35,976 nucleotides of DNA from Tubiluchus corallicola (GCA_030141605.1 JAQGDQ010001530.1:1-35976); one strand, 5' to 3'; shown: positions 1 to 12,976, counted from the stretch's first letter. A program made the numbers and translations. The notes: generated by a model from the sequence alone, not told the origin.

Positions 1-239
1 TCACTAATGATTTTAAAGAAATAAGTGCTCTACAACTGTTTTGCGTGTCGCGTTCGACTATGAAGCGGTTGTAAGCAATACAAGCATCGTGACACAGGCA
101 TTATCTCCTCGTTTTCTCTTTCCTGTTACAGGTTTGCAGGTACGCACTTTAATATATACCAGTACTCTTTTTCTACAACACATTAACTGGTTTTATTTTG
201 TTTTCAGTACCGCACTGAGTTGAAAAAAGTTGTACTTTA

Positions 240-345
240 CCCTCTAAAAATGTCCGTCTGAAAAAACTTTTTTCCAGAATTTTTGCCTAAAAATTGAAGG
301 GGTCTCTTATACACAAGGGTCTCTTATACACGGGAAAATACGGTA
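240..345. mobile_element. Terminus of a Tc1/mariner-pogo-type non-autonomous DNA transposon (other end probably outside the window)
   Basis: Ends ...GGGTCTCTTATACACAAGGGTCTCTTATACACGGGAAAATACGG|TA: duplicated subterminal motif, reverse complement CCGTATTTTCCCGTGTATAAG typical of pogo/Tigger-like TIRs, then TA at 344-345. Left boundary approximate. Confidence 0.6.
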
Positions 346-508
346 AATGCAGAAAACATTTTTTGATCCTTGCATAACACAATATTTAAAGAATAACGTT
401 ACATGTAAATGTAACTACGACAATTATATTACTATTCTGCAGCTTAACACGACATTTACAGATTACTAAGACAAAATCAGATACATGTAAAAGTTTAAAT
501 TCATTTAC

Positions 509-1051
509 CCGTGATTGTATCAGCACACTCCAAATTGGGGGAGTGACATAATGAAGCGCAAAAAAATATAGGTTGTTTGTGGTTGCATACACAATGGATG
601 GTACAGCAAACATAAAGGACATCGTCACTTTTGTCAAGGCACCACTCCTGATTAACAATACCATCATCAGTAGTAGCTTGGTGCTTTCTGTGGCAAAAAC
701 GATGCTGGTTTGTGGAACGGGATATGATTCCTTGTTGTAATATTGGACCCCATAGCTTGTGATTTGTTTTCCGACTTCCATGCTGATAAATGAAAAGCAG
801 AAAAACAGAGCTAACCATGGTGGCACATTTGCGCGAGCCAGTGATACAATGGGTTTAGGTTTACTTGGGCTGGCTGCTCCAGATGTTGGAAGCGAGGAGT
901 GTTCTGATTCCTCTAGCAAATCATGATTCTCTTTTGACATCTTCATCTTTTTATGAAAAACATTTCTTTCACCATTAAAGCTTGCATCGTTATAGGCTCT
1001 GGCTGAGAACCTGTTGACTAGAAGGGATTTGTTGGAATCACTGGACGGCAT
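509..1051 (-). CDS. SLC35A: SLC35A-family nucleotide-sugar transporter (CMP-sialic acid/UDP-sugar transporter-like), first coding exon; gene continues beyond the left edge of the window
   Basis: Translation has SLC35A hallmarks: ...SIVFATESTKLLL... (E-x-x-K helix), FAVPSIVYATTNNLYFFAL, and PPIWSVLIQSR. Phase-0 GTAAAT donor at 508-503 after SR, where similarity ends. In-frame TGA at 1066-1064 makes ATG 1051 the first Met. Acceptor TTTCAGCAG lies just upstream (exon starts 1088 or 1091). Family-level call only. Confidence 0.85.
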
Positions 1052-1676
1052 GTAGTGCACACTTCAGCTAAACATAACGCAAAGAAACCTGCTGAAACAT
1101 ATTAATCAATCAGGTAAAGTATTACTATTTTAAAAATTCCTCCTCTGTTCCAGTTTCTGTGATCTGATCTATGAATTGCATTAATCTAAAGGATTAGGCT
1201 GCATATGGTTTTCCATTATGTTTCTTGATTACAACTTTTACAAACTCTACCTTTTTTCACCTGTAAAAACTAGACTGCTTACTTGCTTTCATAAAAACGT
1301 TGCTGTTTAAGGCATTACTATCATTTATAATGAATACTTACTATCGTAATACTTATCTTCGAAATGTGAATTTACATAAGAGAGTAAGTTTGCAATCCTT
1401 GGAACAATGAAACTTGTTATAAAAAAAGAGGTATGGCACTTATTTCGTGTACCTTGTACAGTTGTAATATGCGAGTGAAAATTACAAGCAAATGTATGAT
1501 GCCTCATTGGTTCGCAAATTTAAAGTGATTTTATAAAATGTGAAGTAAGTGCTCACTGCCCTTTTACTGCTAACACATTCTAACAGTTTCTAACATTTCC
1601 TAATTTTCTGCTTAACAATTACTGAATTAGAATTAAGTCTACATCATGGCTCTAGCATTTTGCTGTAGATCAATTA

Positions 1677-3149
1677 TAGTTATTACTCGTTATAATTTGT
1701 TAGATACATTAGCGTACTTCACAAAAAGGTACCATATATAGCGTTCTTGTCATAGTTATTACTCGTTATAATTTGTTATATACATTGGCGTACTTCACAA
1801 AATGGTATGTAGCGTACTTGTTATAGTTATTACTCGTTATAATTTGTTAGATACATTGGCGTACTTCACAAAATGGTATGTAGCGTACTTGTTACAGTTA
1901 TTACTCGTTATAATTTGTTAGATACATTGGCGTACTTCACAAAATGGTATATAGCGTACTTGTTATAGTTATTACTCGTTATAATTTGTTAGATACATTG
2001 GCGTACTTCACAAAATGGTATGTAGCGTACTTGTTACAGTTATTACTCGTTATAATTTGTTAGATACATTAGCGTACTTCACAAAATGGTATATAACGTA
2101 CTTGATACAGTTATTACTCGTTATAATTTGTTATATACATTAGCGTACTTCAGAAAAAGGTATATAGCGTACTTGTTATAGTTATTACTCGTTATAATTT
2201 GTTATATACATTAGCGTACTTCACAAAATGGTATATAACGTACTTGATACAGTTATTACTCGTTATAATTTGTTATATACATTAGCGTACTTCACAAAAT
2301 GGTATATAACGTACTTGATACAGTTATTACTCGTTATAATTTGTTATATACATTAGCGTACTTCACAAAATGGTATATAACGTACTTGATACAGTTATTA
2401 CTCGTTATAATTTGTTATATACATTAGCGTACTTCACAAAATGGTATATAACGTACTTGATACAGTTATTACTCGTTATAATTTGTTATATACAATAGCG
2501 TACTTCACAAAATGGTATATAGCGTTCTTGTCATAGTTATTACTCGTTATAATTTGTTATATACATTAGCGTACTTCACAAAATGGTATATAGCGTACTT
2601 GTTATAGTTATTACTCGTTATAATTTGTTATATACATTAGCGTACTTCACAAAATGGTATATAGCGTACTTGTTATAGTTATTACTCGTTATAATTTGTT
2701 ATATACATTAGCGTACTTCACAAAATGGTATATAGCGTACTTGTTATAGTTATTACTCGTTATAATTTGTTATATACATTAGCGTACTTCACAAAATGGT
2801 ATATAGCGTACTTGTTATAGTTATTACTCGTTATAATTTGTTATATACATTAGCGTACTTCACAAAATGGTATATAGCGTACTTGTTATAGTTATTACTC
2901 GTTATAATTTGTTATATACAATAGCGTACTTCACAAAATGGTATATAGCGTACTTGTTATAGTTATTACTCGTTATAATTTGTTATATACATTAGCGTAC
3001 TTCACAAAATGGCATATAACGTACTTGTTACAGTTATTACTCGTTATAATTTGTTATATACATTAGCGTACTTCAGAAAAAGGTATATAGCGTACTTGTT
3101 ATAGTTATTACTCGTTATAATTTGTTACATACATTAGCGTACTTCACAA
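1677..3149. repeat. Minisatellite, 71-bp unit, ~21 copies
   Basis: Unit GTTATTACTCGTTATAATTTGTTATATACATTAGCGTACTTCACAAAATGGTATATAGCGTACTTGTTATA recurs at 1755, 1826, 1897...; TAGCGTACTT occurs twice per unit. Confidence 0.97.
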
Positions 3150-4292
3150 TAAGGTAAGACACATAACTTTTATTTTATTTAAAATGAATAATTATTTGTC
3201 TGTTTGCGTCACAATTCTAGGTCCTAAAATGACCGGCATAAAGCCTCGATTTATTAACCTTCGAACCATCACTCTCGTTTTCATTAATTTCCTAAATTCT
3301 GTCGTTACGAGTGTGAAACAACTGGTGTATTTTGGATCACCAAAGACAAAAGTCTTTCTACTTGCACACGAAATCTCTCGCACTGTTCAGACCTCATCTT
3401 CTGTGTTACTTCATCTCATGATGTGTGAAATCGACCGCCGCAATTTGAAGAGAAAGTATTAGCAGTTGCAAAGATATCCATTTCACTATAGCTGCAAATT
3501 AGAGCACGTAGCTGAACGACTCGACGAGGCAGGTAATTTTAACACTAAACAGACTTCACCAATATTCTCCAACTTTTCATTTCGTCTCTCTTTAACTGAA
3601 ATGGAATTCTTGTTCGGAAAATTGTGCGAAATAGAGGTATCATGAGCATAATAAGAAGATTGCTCCAAATCTTATCCGAATGACGACGTGTTCAAGTGAA
3701 GATTTTTCTCTTCCAGTGAACTCTGTCGGAGGGGAGGGAGGTATTTAATGACCGGAAAGGTTAAAAAATAAAAATAAGTCGTTTCAATGTGTACAATTCA
3801 ATGACTGTCATATTCCAACTGGATTTTTGTAGTGTTTTATACGTCATTTCTATTAAAAAAAAAGAGGCCATATTAAAAATTTGCTTTTAACTTAAAACTG
3901 CAATCAGTATGATTAGTTCGATTGACAAATTAATCCACTTTATATTAAGTTGAAGCATCAAATTAACTGTGCTCAATTAGTCTAGTAACCTTCTTTATAA
4001 CCTGTAAAAATTTGCTAATTTTACGATAGTAATTCTGCAGTTTTAAACTTTACTGAACACAAAATCACGCTGTAAATAAACCTGTTTGGTAATTTACTAA
4101 TTTATCAGACATTCTATCAAACTGATAAGACTGACATTAATTAAACTAAAATACTAGTGGTTCAAAATAATACAAAAATGATGTATTTACTTACATCGTA
4201 TGTGTCCATAAAGCAAATCAGGCGCCTAATCGTTTGTTCTAGAATAATATGGTTTTTTTAAACTCGACCCGAATCCGCCAATCTGCCTGTAG

Positions 4293-5043
4293 TATAGGTT
4301 TTACACGTCAAATGTAGACACAGGAAAGTTCAAATGTGACTTAGGTAAGTCAAATGTAGACATAGGAATTTCGAATGTGTTTTGGTAACTCAAGTGTGAC
4401 TTAGGTAAGTCAAATGTAGACATAGGAATTTCGAATGTGTTTTGGTAACTCAAGTGTCACTTAGGTAAGTCAAATGTAGACATAGGAATTTCGAATGTGT
4501 TTTGGTAACTGAAATGTGACTTAGGTAAGTCAAATGTAGATGCAATTAACGTTAGGAATGTAGTGGAATTGGTTCCCACTTCCCAATGAACAGTGAATAA
4601 CTAATTAGTTTTTTAAGCGCTGCATTAGCACTGCATTAATGAATTAGTTTCTCTCAAAAAACATTGTTTATTTTAAGAATGTATTGTTTTCTCTAACAGT
4701 TCCAATGGTATGTAAAGTTTGCAGACTATTAGTAGACCTATAACGTTGTTATTTTAACTTAAGAACAATTATTAAATTGAAATTAAAGAAGATTAAATTT
4801 AACATCCTTAAACTTTACCACCTATCCACATTTGAGATACCAATGTCACATTTGACTTGACATGTGTCTACATTTGACTTACCAAAAACGCTTAAGATTT
4901 GTCGAAAACCATTGTTAACACAATTGAACTACCTAAATCTACATTTGAGTTACCAAGACACATTTGAATTACCTAAATCTACATTTGAGTTACCAAGACA
5001 CATTTGAATTACCTAAATCTACATTTGACGTGTAAAACCCATA
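4293..5043. mobile_element. Foldback/MITE-like non-autonomous DNA element, copy 1
   Basis: Inverted termini TATAGGTTTTACACGTCAAATGTAGA ... TCTACATTTGACGTGTAAAACCCATA; subterminal 20-bp tandem modules (60-bp higher order on the left, 40-bp on the right); unique AT-rich core ~4545-4820. Confidence 0.85.
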
Positions 5044-6657
5044 GTACGCAATCCAAGCTACGCGGTAGGAATTCTCAGGCTTTGTTAATATTATTTTTTT
5101 AGTATTGAGTATCGATGGCGCACTACGAATTTTGCTTGTACAACCTTTGGCGTGAAAAAATCGTAATTTTTAATCAGTCAATCGATCAATCAGTTTATTT
5201 ATCTATTCAATATAACAGGATTAAATTTCAAAATCAATGAAATGTAATTTAAAATCGAGTTAAGATCACCAGGTTTTCTCTGTCAACTTTCCCAAAATGT
5301 GTCAGCTGATTTACCAGAATGTGAAATAAACGCAAAACGTGAAATAATTACAAAATTCGACTCACTTTATTTTTCATTTTTCTACAAACCAGAATACAGC
5401 ACTAGACATTAGGCCTAATTAATATGATATGAGTAGAACTTAACTCAGTTTTATGCAGATTAACCTAAAATGAGCCAATGGGTAAAGGGCTGCATTAGAA
5501 GTGTAATAGTTTCATAACAAGTCATCGAACTATTTTATTAGTGTCAGACCACGTGTATCTGTTGCCTTTAATCTTAAAGCGGCTGACGTTGTAATTAGCA
5601 GGCAAATAATTTTCTGGCAAAGAATTCCATAAAAAAGAGTCCGAGGAAAAGCTGGTTTATGAGTAGCTGTTATGCATTTAGGAACGTCCCTAGTAGAGAA
5701 CAGGAGAAACAGAGACAAAGTGAGAACGAACTGGCTGCGTCAGGAATAAAACTTTAAGATGAGACGCCGAGCCCACAGAGGGCCTAGATATCTTCGGATG
5801 TGTACGTGTACACTCTCAACTGGATAAATAATAACTGGAGACACTATAAAAGACGAAAGCGCACAAGAGTCCGAGCAGTCATCCATCCATTTTTGGACCA
5901 GGTTTGGCGTTACTTACGTGCGGTTACTAAGCGTGCGCACCGAGTCCATTGAGTCCATTTCTCCGTTTAAACTTCTTTATCTTTTCGTCAACGCAAGAGA
6001 TTTTATTCTATACATTTCGCTGACGATGTCTATAAATGTCATGTCAATCTATTACGATGTCTGCCATGCACTGGTAGCTTAAAGTCCATGAAATCAAACC
6101 CACATTTATCAGAAGGAAAGAGTAAAACGATCCTTCACGAAAATGTCGTTCTCTGTCCAACTCTTGGCAATCCCTTCCTCCTTTCCGCTCTGGGCCATAA
6201 CATGAAGCCAATCAAGTCCTTGAGATTTGCATTTCTGCTGTTTTTCATCCAAATTAAATGCTATATTTGCGGTGGAGATATGGAAATGGCTGCAAGGGGC
6301 GAAGGGCTCGCCACGCTGATCGATAAGTCACTGATAATAACCATGATTGTCATACAAAGAGAAGGGAACATTTATGCCCTTTAGTTTCAAGAAAGTTGAG
6401 ATTTATGTAAAAACATTCTGCTAACGAGTTTCTTTAGCTGTATGGATTACGTCTTTGACTGATGTCAAATCAAGGGGGTGGGATAGATTGCAGCATTTGT
6501 AGCGTCAGTCAAAGAAATAATCTGTATAATCAATAAAATGAGCCCTTTCACACTTCCAGCGATTGATGATGATCGTGGAAGGGTTGAAGGTTATGTGTAC
6601 CAGACAACGCATTTGTGTACACTTGACAACGCCTCGCAACCCACGCTGCTATCGTAA

Positions 6658-6933
6658 TATAGGTTTTACATGTCAAATGTAGGCCTGCGTTAACTCAAAT
6701 GTAGATTTAGGTAATTCACATGTGTCTTGGTAACTCAGATGTAGACTTAGGTAGTTCAAATGTGTTAACAATGCTTTTCAACAAATCTTGAGCGCTTTTG
6801 GTAAGTCAGATGTGACATTTGTATCTCAAAGTATTCAAAGTACCGCATCCACATCCGACTTACTTAAGTCACATTTGAGTTACCAAAACACATTCGAAAT
6901 TCCTATGTCTACATTTGACGTGTAAAACCTATA
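6658..6933. mobile_element. Foldback/MITE-like element, copy 2 (shorter, inverted relative to copy 1)
   Basis: TATAGGTTTTACATGTCAAATGTAG ... CTACATTTGACGTGTAAAACCTATA; its left arm is the reverse complement of copy 1's right arm and vice versa; lacks the core. Confidence 0.85.
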
Positions 6934-7449
6934 TATAGTAACAGTTTTAACAGCTTAGCTAGACCCTACCTAGTTTTTTTCATGTTCCCAAGCAAGATCC
7001 TGCTAATAAATCAGTCTGCGCACAGACTAAGGCGTCATTAAGTAAAGTCCAAGCAAAATAACTGAAGTTGCTAAACTGATGCCGCAGACAGATTTGCTTT
7101 ACACACATTTCACGTGACGATTTTAGTTAAGACTCGTTCCTGTGGTACACTTAAATTTTGACCTGCAGCAACTGCGCGTGCGCACAACGAAACTGTGAAA
7201 AGACTTATTCCGTTAAACTAAAACTTCTATAAGAAAGTAGCCAGTTTTAGCACTTTCATAGCAATAATGCTACTTAAGCTCTGACAATAACTTGGTGTCT
7301 ACCAAGATGACTCTGGTGTAGCATTGTATAATTATGATAATAATGATGATGATGATGATAATTATTATTATTATACATTATACATTAGATATTTGTTAGG
7401 TAAACATTTTAAGCAAATGGGTATGTGTCATTTGTGCACAGGAGACTTA

Positions 7450-8801
7450 GGCACGAGACATTTGAGCACGGTGATACTTGAGCACGGTGATACTTGAGCA
7501 CGAGACATTTGAGCATGGTGATACTTGAGCACGAGACATTTGAGCACGGTGATACTTGGACACGAGACATTTGAGCATGGTGATACTTGAGCACGAGACA
7601 TTTGAGCATGGTGATACTTGGACACGAGACATTTGAGCACGAGACATTTGACCGCAGTGATACTTGAGCACAAGACATTTGAGCACGGTGATACTTGAGC
7701 ACGAGACATTTGACCACGGTGATACTTGGACACGAGACATTTGAGCATGGTGATACTTGGACACGAGACATTTGAGCATGGTGATACTTGAGCACGAGAC
7801 ATTTGAGCATGGTGATACTTGGACACGAGACATTTGAGCATGGTGATACTTGGACACGAGACATTTGAGCATGGTGATACTTGGACACGAGACATTTGAG
7901 CACGGTGATACTTGAGCACGAGACATTTGAGCACGGTGATACTTGAGCACGAGACATTTGAGCATGGTGATACTTGGACACGAGACATTTGAGCACGAGA
8001 CATTTGACCGCAGTGATACTTGAGCACAAGACATTTGAGCACGGTGATACTTGAGCATGAGACATTTGACCACGGTGATACTTGGACACGAGACATTTGA
8101 GCACGGCGATACTTGAGCACGAGACATTTGAGCACGGTGATACTTGAGCATGAGACATTTGAGCACGGTGATACTTGAGCACGAGACATTTGAGCATGAG
8201 ACATTTGAGCACGGTGATACTTGAGCATGAGACTTTGACCACGAGACATTTGAGCACGGTGATACTTGAGCATGAGACATTTGAGCACGGTGATACTTGA
8301 GCACGGTGATACTTGAGCACGAGACATTTGAGCATGAGACATTTGAGCAAGATGATACTTGAGCACGAGACATTTGACCACGGTGATACTTGAGCACGGT
8401 GATACTTGAGCACGAGACATTTGAGCTCGGTGATACTTGAGCATGAGACATTTGAGCACGGTGATACTTGAGCATGAGACAATTGAGCACGGTGATACTT
8501 GGACACGAGACATTTGAGCTCGGTGATACTTGAGCATGAGACATTTGAGCACGGTGATACTTGAGCATGAGACATTTGAGCATGGTGATACTTGAGCACA
8601 ATACATTTGAGCACGGTGATACTTGAGCACGAGACATTTGAGCATGGTGATATTTGAGCACAATACATTTGAGCATGGTGATACTTGAGCACGGTGATAC
8701 TTGAGCATGGTGATACTTGAGCACAAGACATTTGAGCAAGGTGATACTTGGACACGAGACATTTGAGCACGGTGATACTTGGACACGAGACATTTGGGCA
8801 C
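7450..8801. repeat. Minisatellite built from interspersed 15-bp and 16-bp modules (mostly 31-bp dimers)
   Basis: Modules GAGCACGAGACATTT and GAGCACGGTGATACTT; source of the three overlapping ~455-aa pseudo-ORFs. Confidence 0.97.
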
Positions 8802-9502
8802 CGATAAAATTTAATGTTATTACCAATTATTTATTTTTGTCTAACAATTTTTTATCACAACATATTATCTCTCAACTCAAAACGTACAAATTGTGTATCA
8901 ATAAAGATATTATACAAAATATTTTTAGAACTGGTTTCACTAAATTTAACGTATTCAGTAATACGTGTGATGACTATTAAAACCAATCAATTGGCTTTGC
9001 ACTTTTTGGTTTTCCAAATTTTATGCTTAAAGTCAGTTTATCAATATCGAGATTTTTATTATTATAATTGTAATTTTTTGGTGTATCGCGAAATCCGTGG
9101 TACATGTAATACGGGCGTTCAGTGACTCACACGTGGTTTGGATATGCCAGTGGGGGGGGGGGGGTAACTGTTTTAAAAGTTACATTGTAATCAGATAGTG
9201 GTCGTGGATTCACACTGTTTTAGCCTGTTAGCAGTATGATTTGCAACGTCTTTACACAAATCATGTCACGGTTTTCTTGCATGATAGGTGTGGAAGTTGT
9301 AATTGTACATTTTTAATTAGGTGCTGCCATCTATGAACTAATCCTGTTACTCTACCAGCTACTTACCCCCAGCATAATTGTACGGTTCAGTAAATGCATA
9401 TTCACTGGTTCTCTCCCTATATTAAAGTAATGGTTTTTGTGAAGCCTTTGCAAGTCTGGATAGGTCACCTATACCTATATATACTGACTGATTTGCTTTC
9501 TA

Positions 9503-10300
9503 GTCACTCTCACTCTCAGTGTTCAGTGCAGCAGACTCTCCAGTGCAGGAGACTCTCACTCTCACTCTAACTCTCAGTGTTCAGTGCAGCAGACTCTCAC
9601 TCTCACTCTCAGTGTTCAGTGCAGGAGACTCTCACTCTAACTCTCAGTGTTCAGTGCAGCAGACTCACACTCTAACTCTCAGTGTTCAGTGCAGGAGACT
9701 CTCACTCTAACTCTCAGTGTTCAGTGCAGCAGACTCTCACTCTAACTCTCAGTGTTCAGTGCAGGAGACTCTCACTCTCACTCTCAGTGTTCAGTGCAGG
9801 AGACTCACACTCTCACTCTCAGTGTTCAGTGCAGGAGACTCTCGCTCTAACTCTCAGTGTTCAGTGCAGGAGACTCTCACACTCTAACTCTCTGTGTTCA
9901 GTGCAGGAGACTCTCACTCTAACTCTCAGTGTTCAGTGCAGGAGACTCTCACTCTCACTCTCAGTGTTCAGTGTTCAGTGCAGGAGACTCTCACTCTCAG
10001 TGTTCAGTGCAGGAGACTCTCACTCTCAGTGTTCAGTGCAGGAGACTCTCACTCTCACTCTCAGTGTTCAGTGCAGGAGACTCTCACTCTCAGTGTTCAG
10101 TGCAGGAGACTCTCACTCTCACTCTAACTCTCAGTGTTCAGTGCAGGAGACTTTCACTCTCTCTCTAACTCTCAGTGTTCAGTGCAGGAGACTCTCACTC
10201 TCACTCTAACTCTCAGTGTTCAGTGCAGGACTCTCTCACTCTCACTCTAACTCTCAGTGTTCAGTGCAGGACACTCTCATTCTCAGTGTTCAGTGCAGCA
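9503..10300. repeat. Minisatellite, ~35-bp unit (29/35/41-bp variants by hexamer gain or loss)
   Basis: CTCTCAGTGTTCAGTGCAGGAGA followed by a variable number of CTCTCA/CTCTAA hexamers. Confidence 0.95.
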
Positions 10301-11309
10301 GTCATTCTACTCATGTGTCTGTAGTTTAATAAACACTTTTCTGTGCAAATATGTAGTATAGTTTTTTATTCTTGTTCTACAAAGTGAGTGATGTACAACT
10401 TTAAAAACATGATTTTCACAATGGGGTCACGTAGTCGCCGCGCCCAAACGTATCACGTCTGGCGCTCAAACGGCGAGCCCAGTTTCCTTGCGCCCAAACG
10501 GCCGTGTCCCCTAAGCAAGCAAGCAAGCAAGCAAGCTGGCAAGCAACAGCGAATGCTTTCAAGAAGTATTGTGAATGAAATGATTGCATTATTGATGTCA
10601 CGAGAGTATTTTGCTTAATAAATATTCCATTAACGACGAAAAAACGAAGTGAAAAAAAACTGAAAGATATATTTTAGAAATATGTTTAACGAGCACATTG
10701 ACGCAAAGTCGAAATGAAAAATTGAACGTAATTACTCCGTTATGCAAGCTGAAATGAAAAATGATAAATTAAGCATAATTAATTTATAATGAGAATTACT
10801 AACGCGGAATCATGCGATATTGCAGTGGTTAATATGACGTGTTTGTCAGTTTGACTGTCCGTCTGTCCTTTCATCTGTCACGCCAATGTGAGAATACTCG
10901 TATGCGACAAATAGCAATTATCAAATACGTAAGGACTAAATACTAAGTCGTAATAATTAGTAATAAATTACTAATTAGATTAATTAAATAATTTAATTAA
11001 CTAGCTAATACAACTAATGTTGTATTAATATTTAAGTATAAATATTTAATTTATATATATAGTTTATATGATTTAAATGTAATTTAAATGTAGTTTAATA
11101 TAACTAATTTAATTGAATAATTATTATTATGTGTAAAAACTGCCATTGAACCGGCATTTTTACATTTATTAGGCAGAGACACGAATGAAAGTTCTAGTAT
11201 GCGCTTCAACATGTGTACAAAATCACGAGCAGAACAAATAAGAGCAGGACGAATGACAGACAAACAAACAGGCGAACAAACTGACAGCTGCTAAATTAAC
11301 GAATGTGCA

Positions 11310-12220
11310 GACAAATAAACAAACAAACAAACATACAAACGTACATACATACAAACAAACAAACATACAAACGTACATACATACAAACAAACAAACATAC
11401 AAACGTACATACATACAAATAAACAAACATACAAACGTACATACATACAAATAAACAAACATACAAACGTACATACATACAAATAAACAAACATACAAAC
11501 GTACATACATACAAATAAACAAACATGCAAACGTACATACATACAAATAAACAAACATACAGACGTACATACATACAAATAAACAAACATACAAACGGAC
11601 ATACATACAAATAAACAAACATACAGACGTACATACATACAAATAAACAAACATACAAACGGACATACATACAAATAAACAAACATACAGACGTACATAC
11701 ATACAAATAAACAAACATACAAACGTACATACATACAAACAAACAAACATACAAACGTACATACATACAAATAAACAAACATGCAAAGGCACATACATAC
11801 AAATAAACAAACATACAGACGTACATACATAAAATAAACAAACATACAGACGTACATACATAAAATAAACAAACATGCAAAAACATGCAAACGTACATAC
11901 ATACAAATAAACAAATAAACAAACATGCAAACGTACATACATACAAATAAACAAACACATAAACGTACATACATACAAATAAACAAACATACAGACGTAC
12001 ATACATACAAATAAACAAACATACAAACGTACCTACATACAAATAAACAAACATGCAAACGTACATACATACAAATAAACAAACATACATACGTACATAC
12101 ATACAAATAAACAAACATACAAACTCACATACATACAAACAAACATACAAACGTACATACATACAAACAAACAAACATACATACGTACATACATACAAAT
12201 AAACAAACAAACAAACAAAC
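11310..12220. repeat. Compound tetranucleotide-derived minisatellite, 32-bp unit
   Basis: Unit AAAT-AAAC-AAAC-ATAC-AAAC-GTAC-ATAC-ATAC; source of the MYVCLFV pseudo-ORFs. Confidence 0.95.
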
Positions 12221-12976
12221 AATTTAGCAAACGAACACACAACGAGCGAACAACATTTCACTCGGCAGTATTCAAGTCGAATGACATTTTCAAAACAACA
12301 GTTTCCCATCCATACGCAGCTATAATTATGCTATAAATTAGTCGTATAACTATAATCATAAAACTATAAATTATCTGCAATAGGCTTCCATAAAGTGCAA
12401 CAAAAATCTGATAGTAGTATCGTGAAATTTCGCATTTTTTCCTTTTTGTATATTTTAGTCGATTCAGTTTTGCATGATGTAATCCAGTACTTTAATTTTA
12501 ATGGAGTGTGGTAAGACCGACATCTTTGCAATTATCAACTATATCCTGTGCTGGGGTATACTGAGCCAGCGAAAGCGTCTTTATCACTTGCAAACGTCCT
12601 GAGACAGTATCTACGTCGGTTACTCACCTTTTTACTAGTCAGACCTAGCTTTGTTTAACTTCGTAGACGTACGCGTACCGTGATCATCTAACCATCATCT
12701 TTGCCAATGTGTGTGTTTGATATATACAGGTAAAAAACCGTCGAATTGGTGACTTCAGTGAGGCTGTAATCAAAGGAAGAAATGTAACTTGTATTCTACG
12801 CGTGATATTCCTAAAATTCTGGCACCTCAGCCAAGGAGAAGCCTAATTAGTGGTAAACGGGTGCGACACGGAGCCTGACAGCTTATTATACACATTTGTA
12901 CTTTAATACGCATCCAATTTAATCACTGATACAAGCTTTTTGCACGACGTCTTGATCTGAAACTAATATCTACAAT

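Noticed and set aside
386-508. C-terminal part of ORF 386-1060 as coding
   Set aside because: Lies past the GTAAAT donor; SLC35A similarity stops there, so it is intron read-through
501-818. 105-aa overlapping ORF as an alternative microprotein
   Set aside because: Shadow frame inside the SLC35A exon, not upstream, and unlike the vertebrate SLC35A4 uORF protein
6202-6384. MKPIKSLRFAFLLFFIQIKC... as the mGluR signal-peptide exon
   Set aside because: Hydrophobic start only; no GD-x-x-x-GGLF motif and no convincing donor before the stop
7409-8826. Three ~455-aa Cys-rich ORFs as genes
   Set aside because: All three frames are cyclic translations of the same 31-bp repeat, with no unique domain or codon-phase constraint
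12542-12610. YPVLGYTEPAKASLSLANVLRQY as the mGluR exon preceding IPQISY
   Set aside because: Superficially like PVxGVIG...VANLLRLF but lacks the GVIG/SS residues, is shorter, and has no convincing phase-0 donor at the required position
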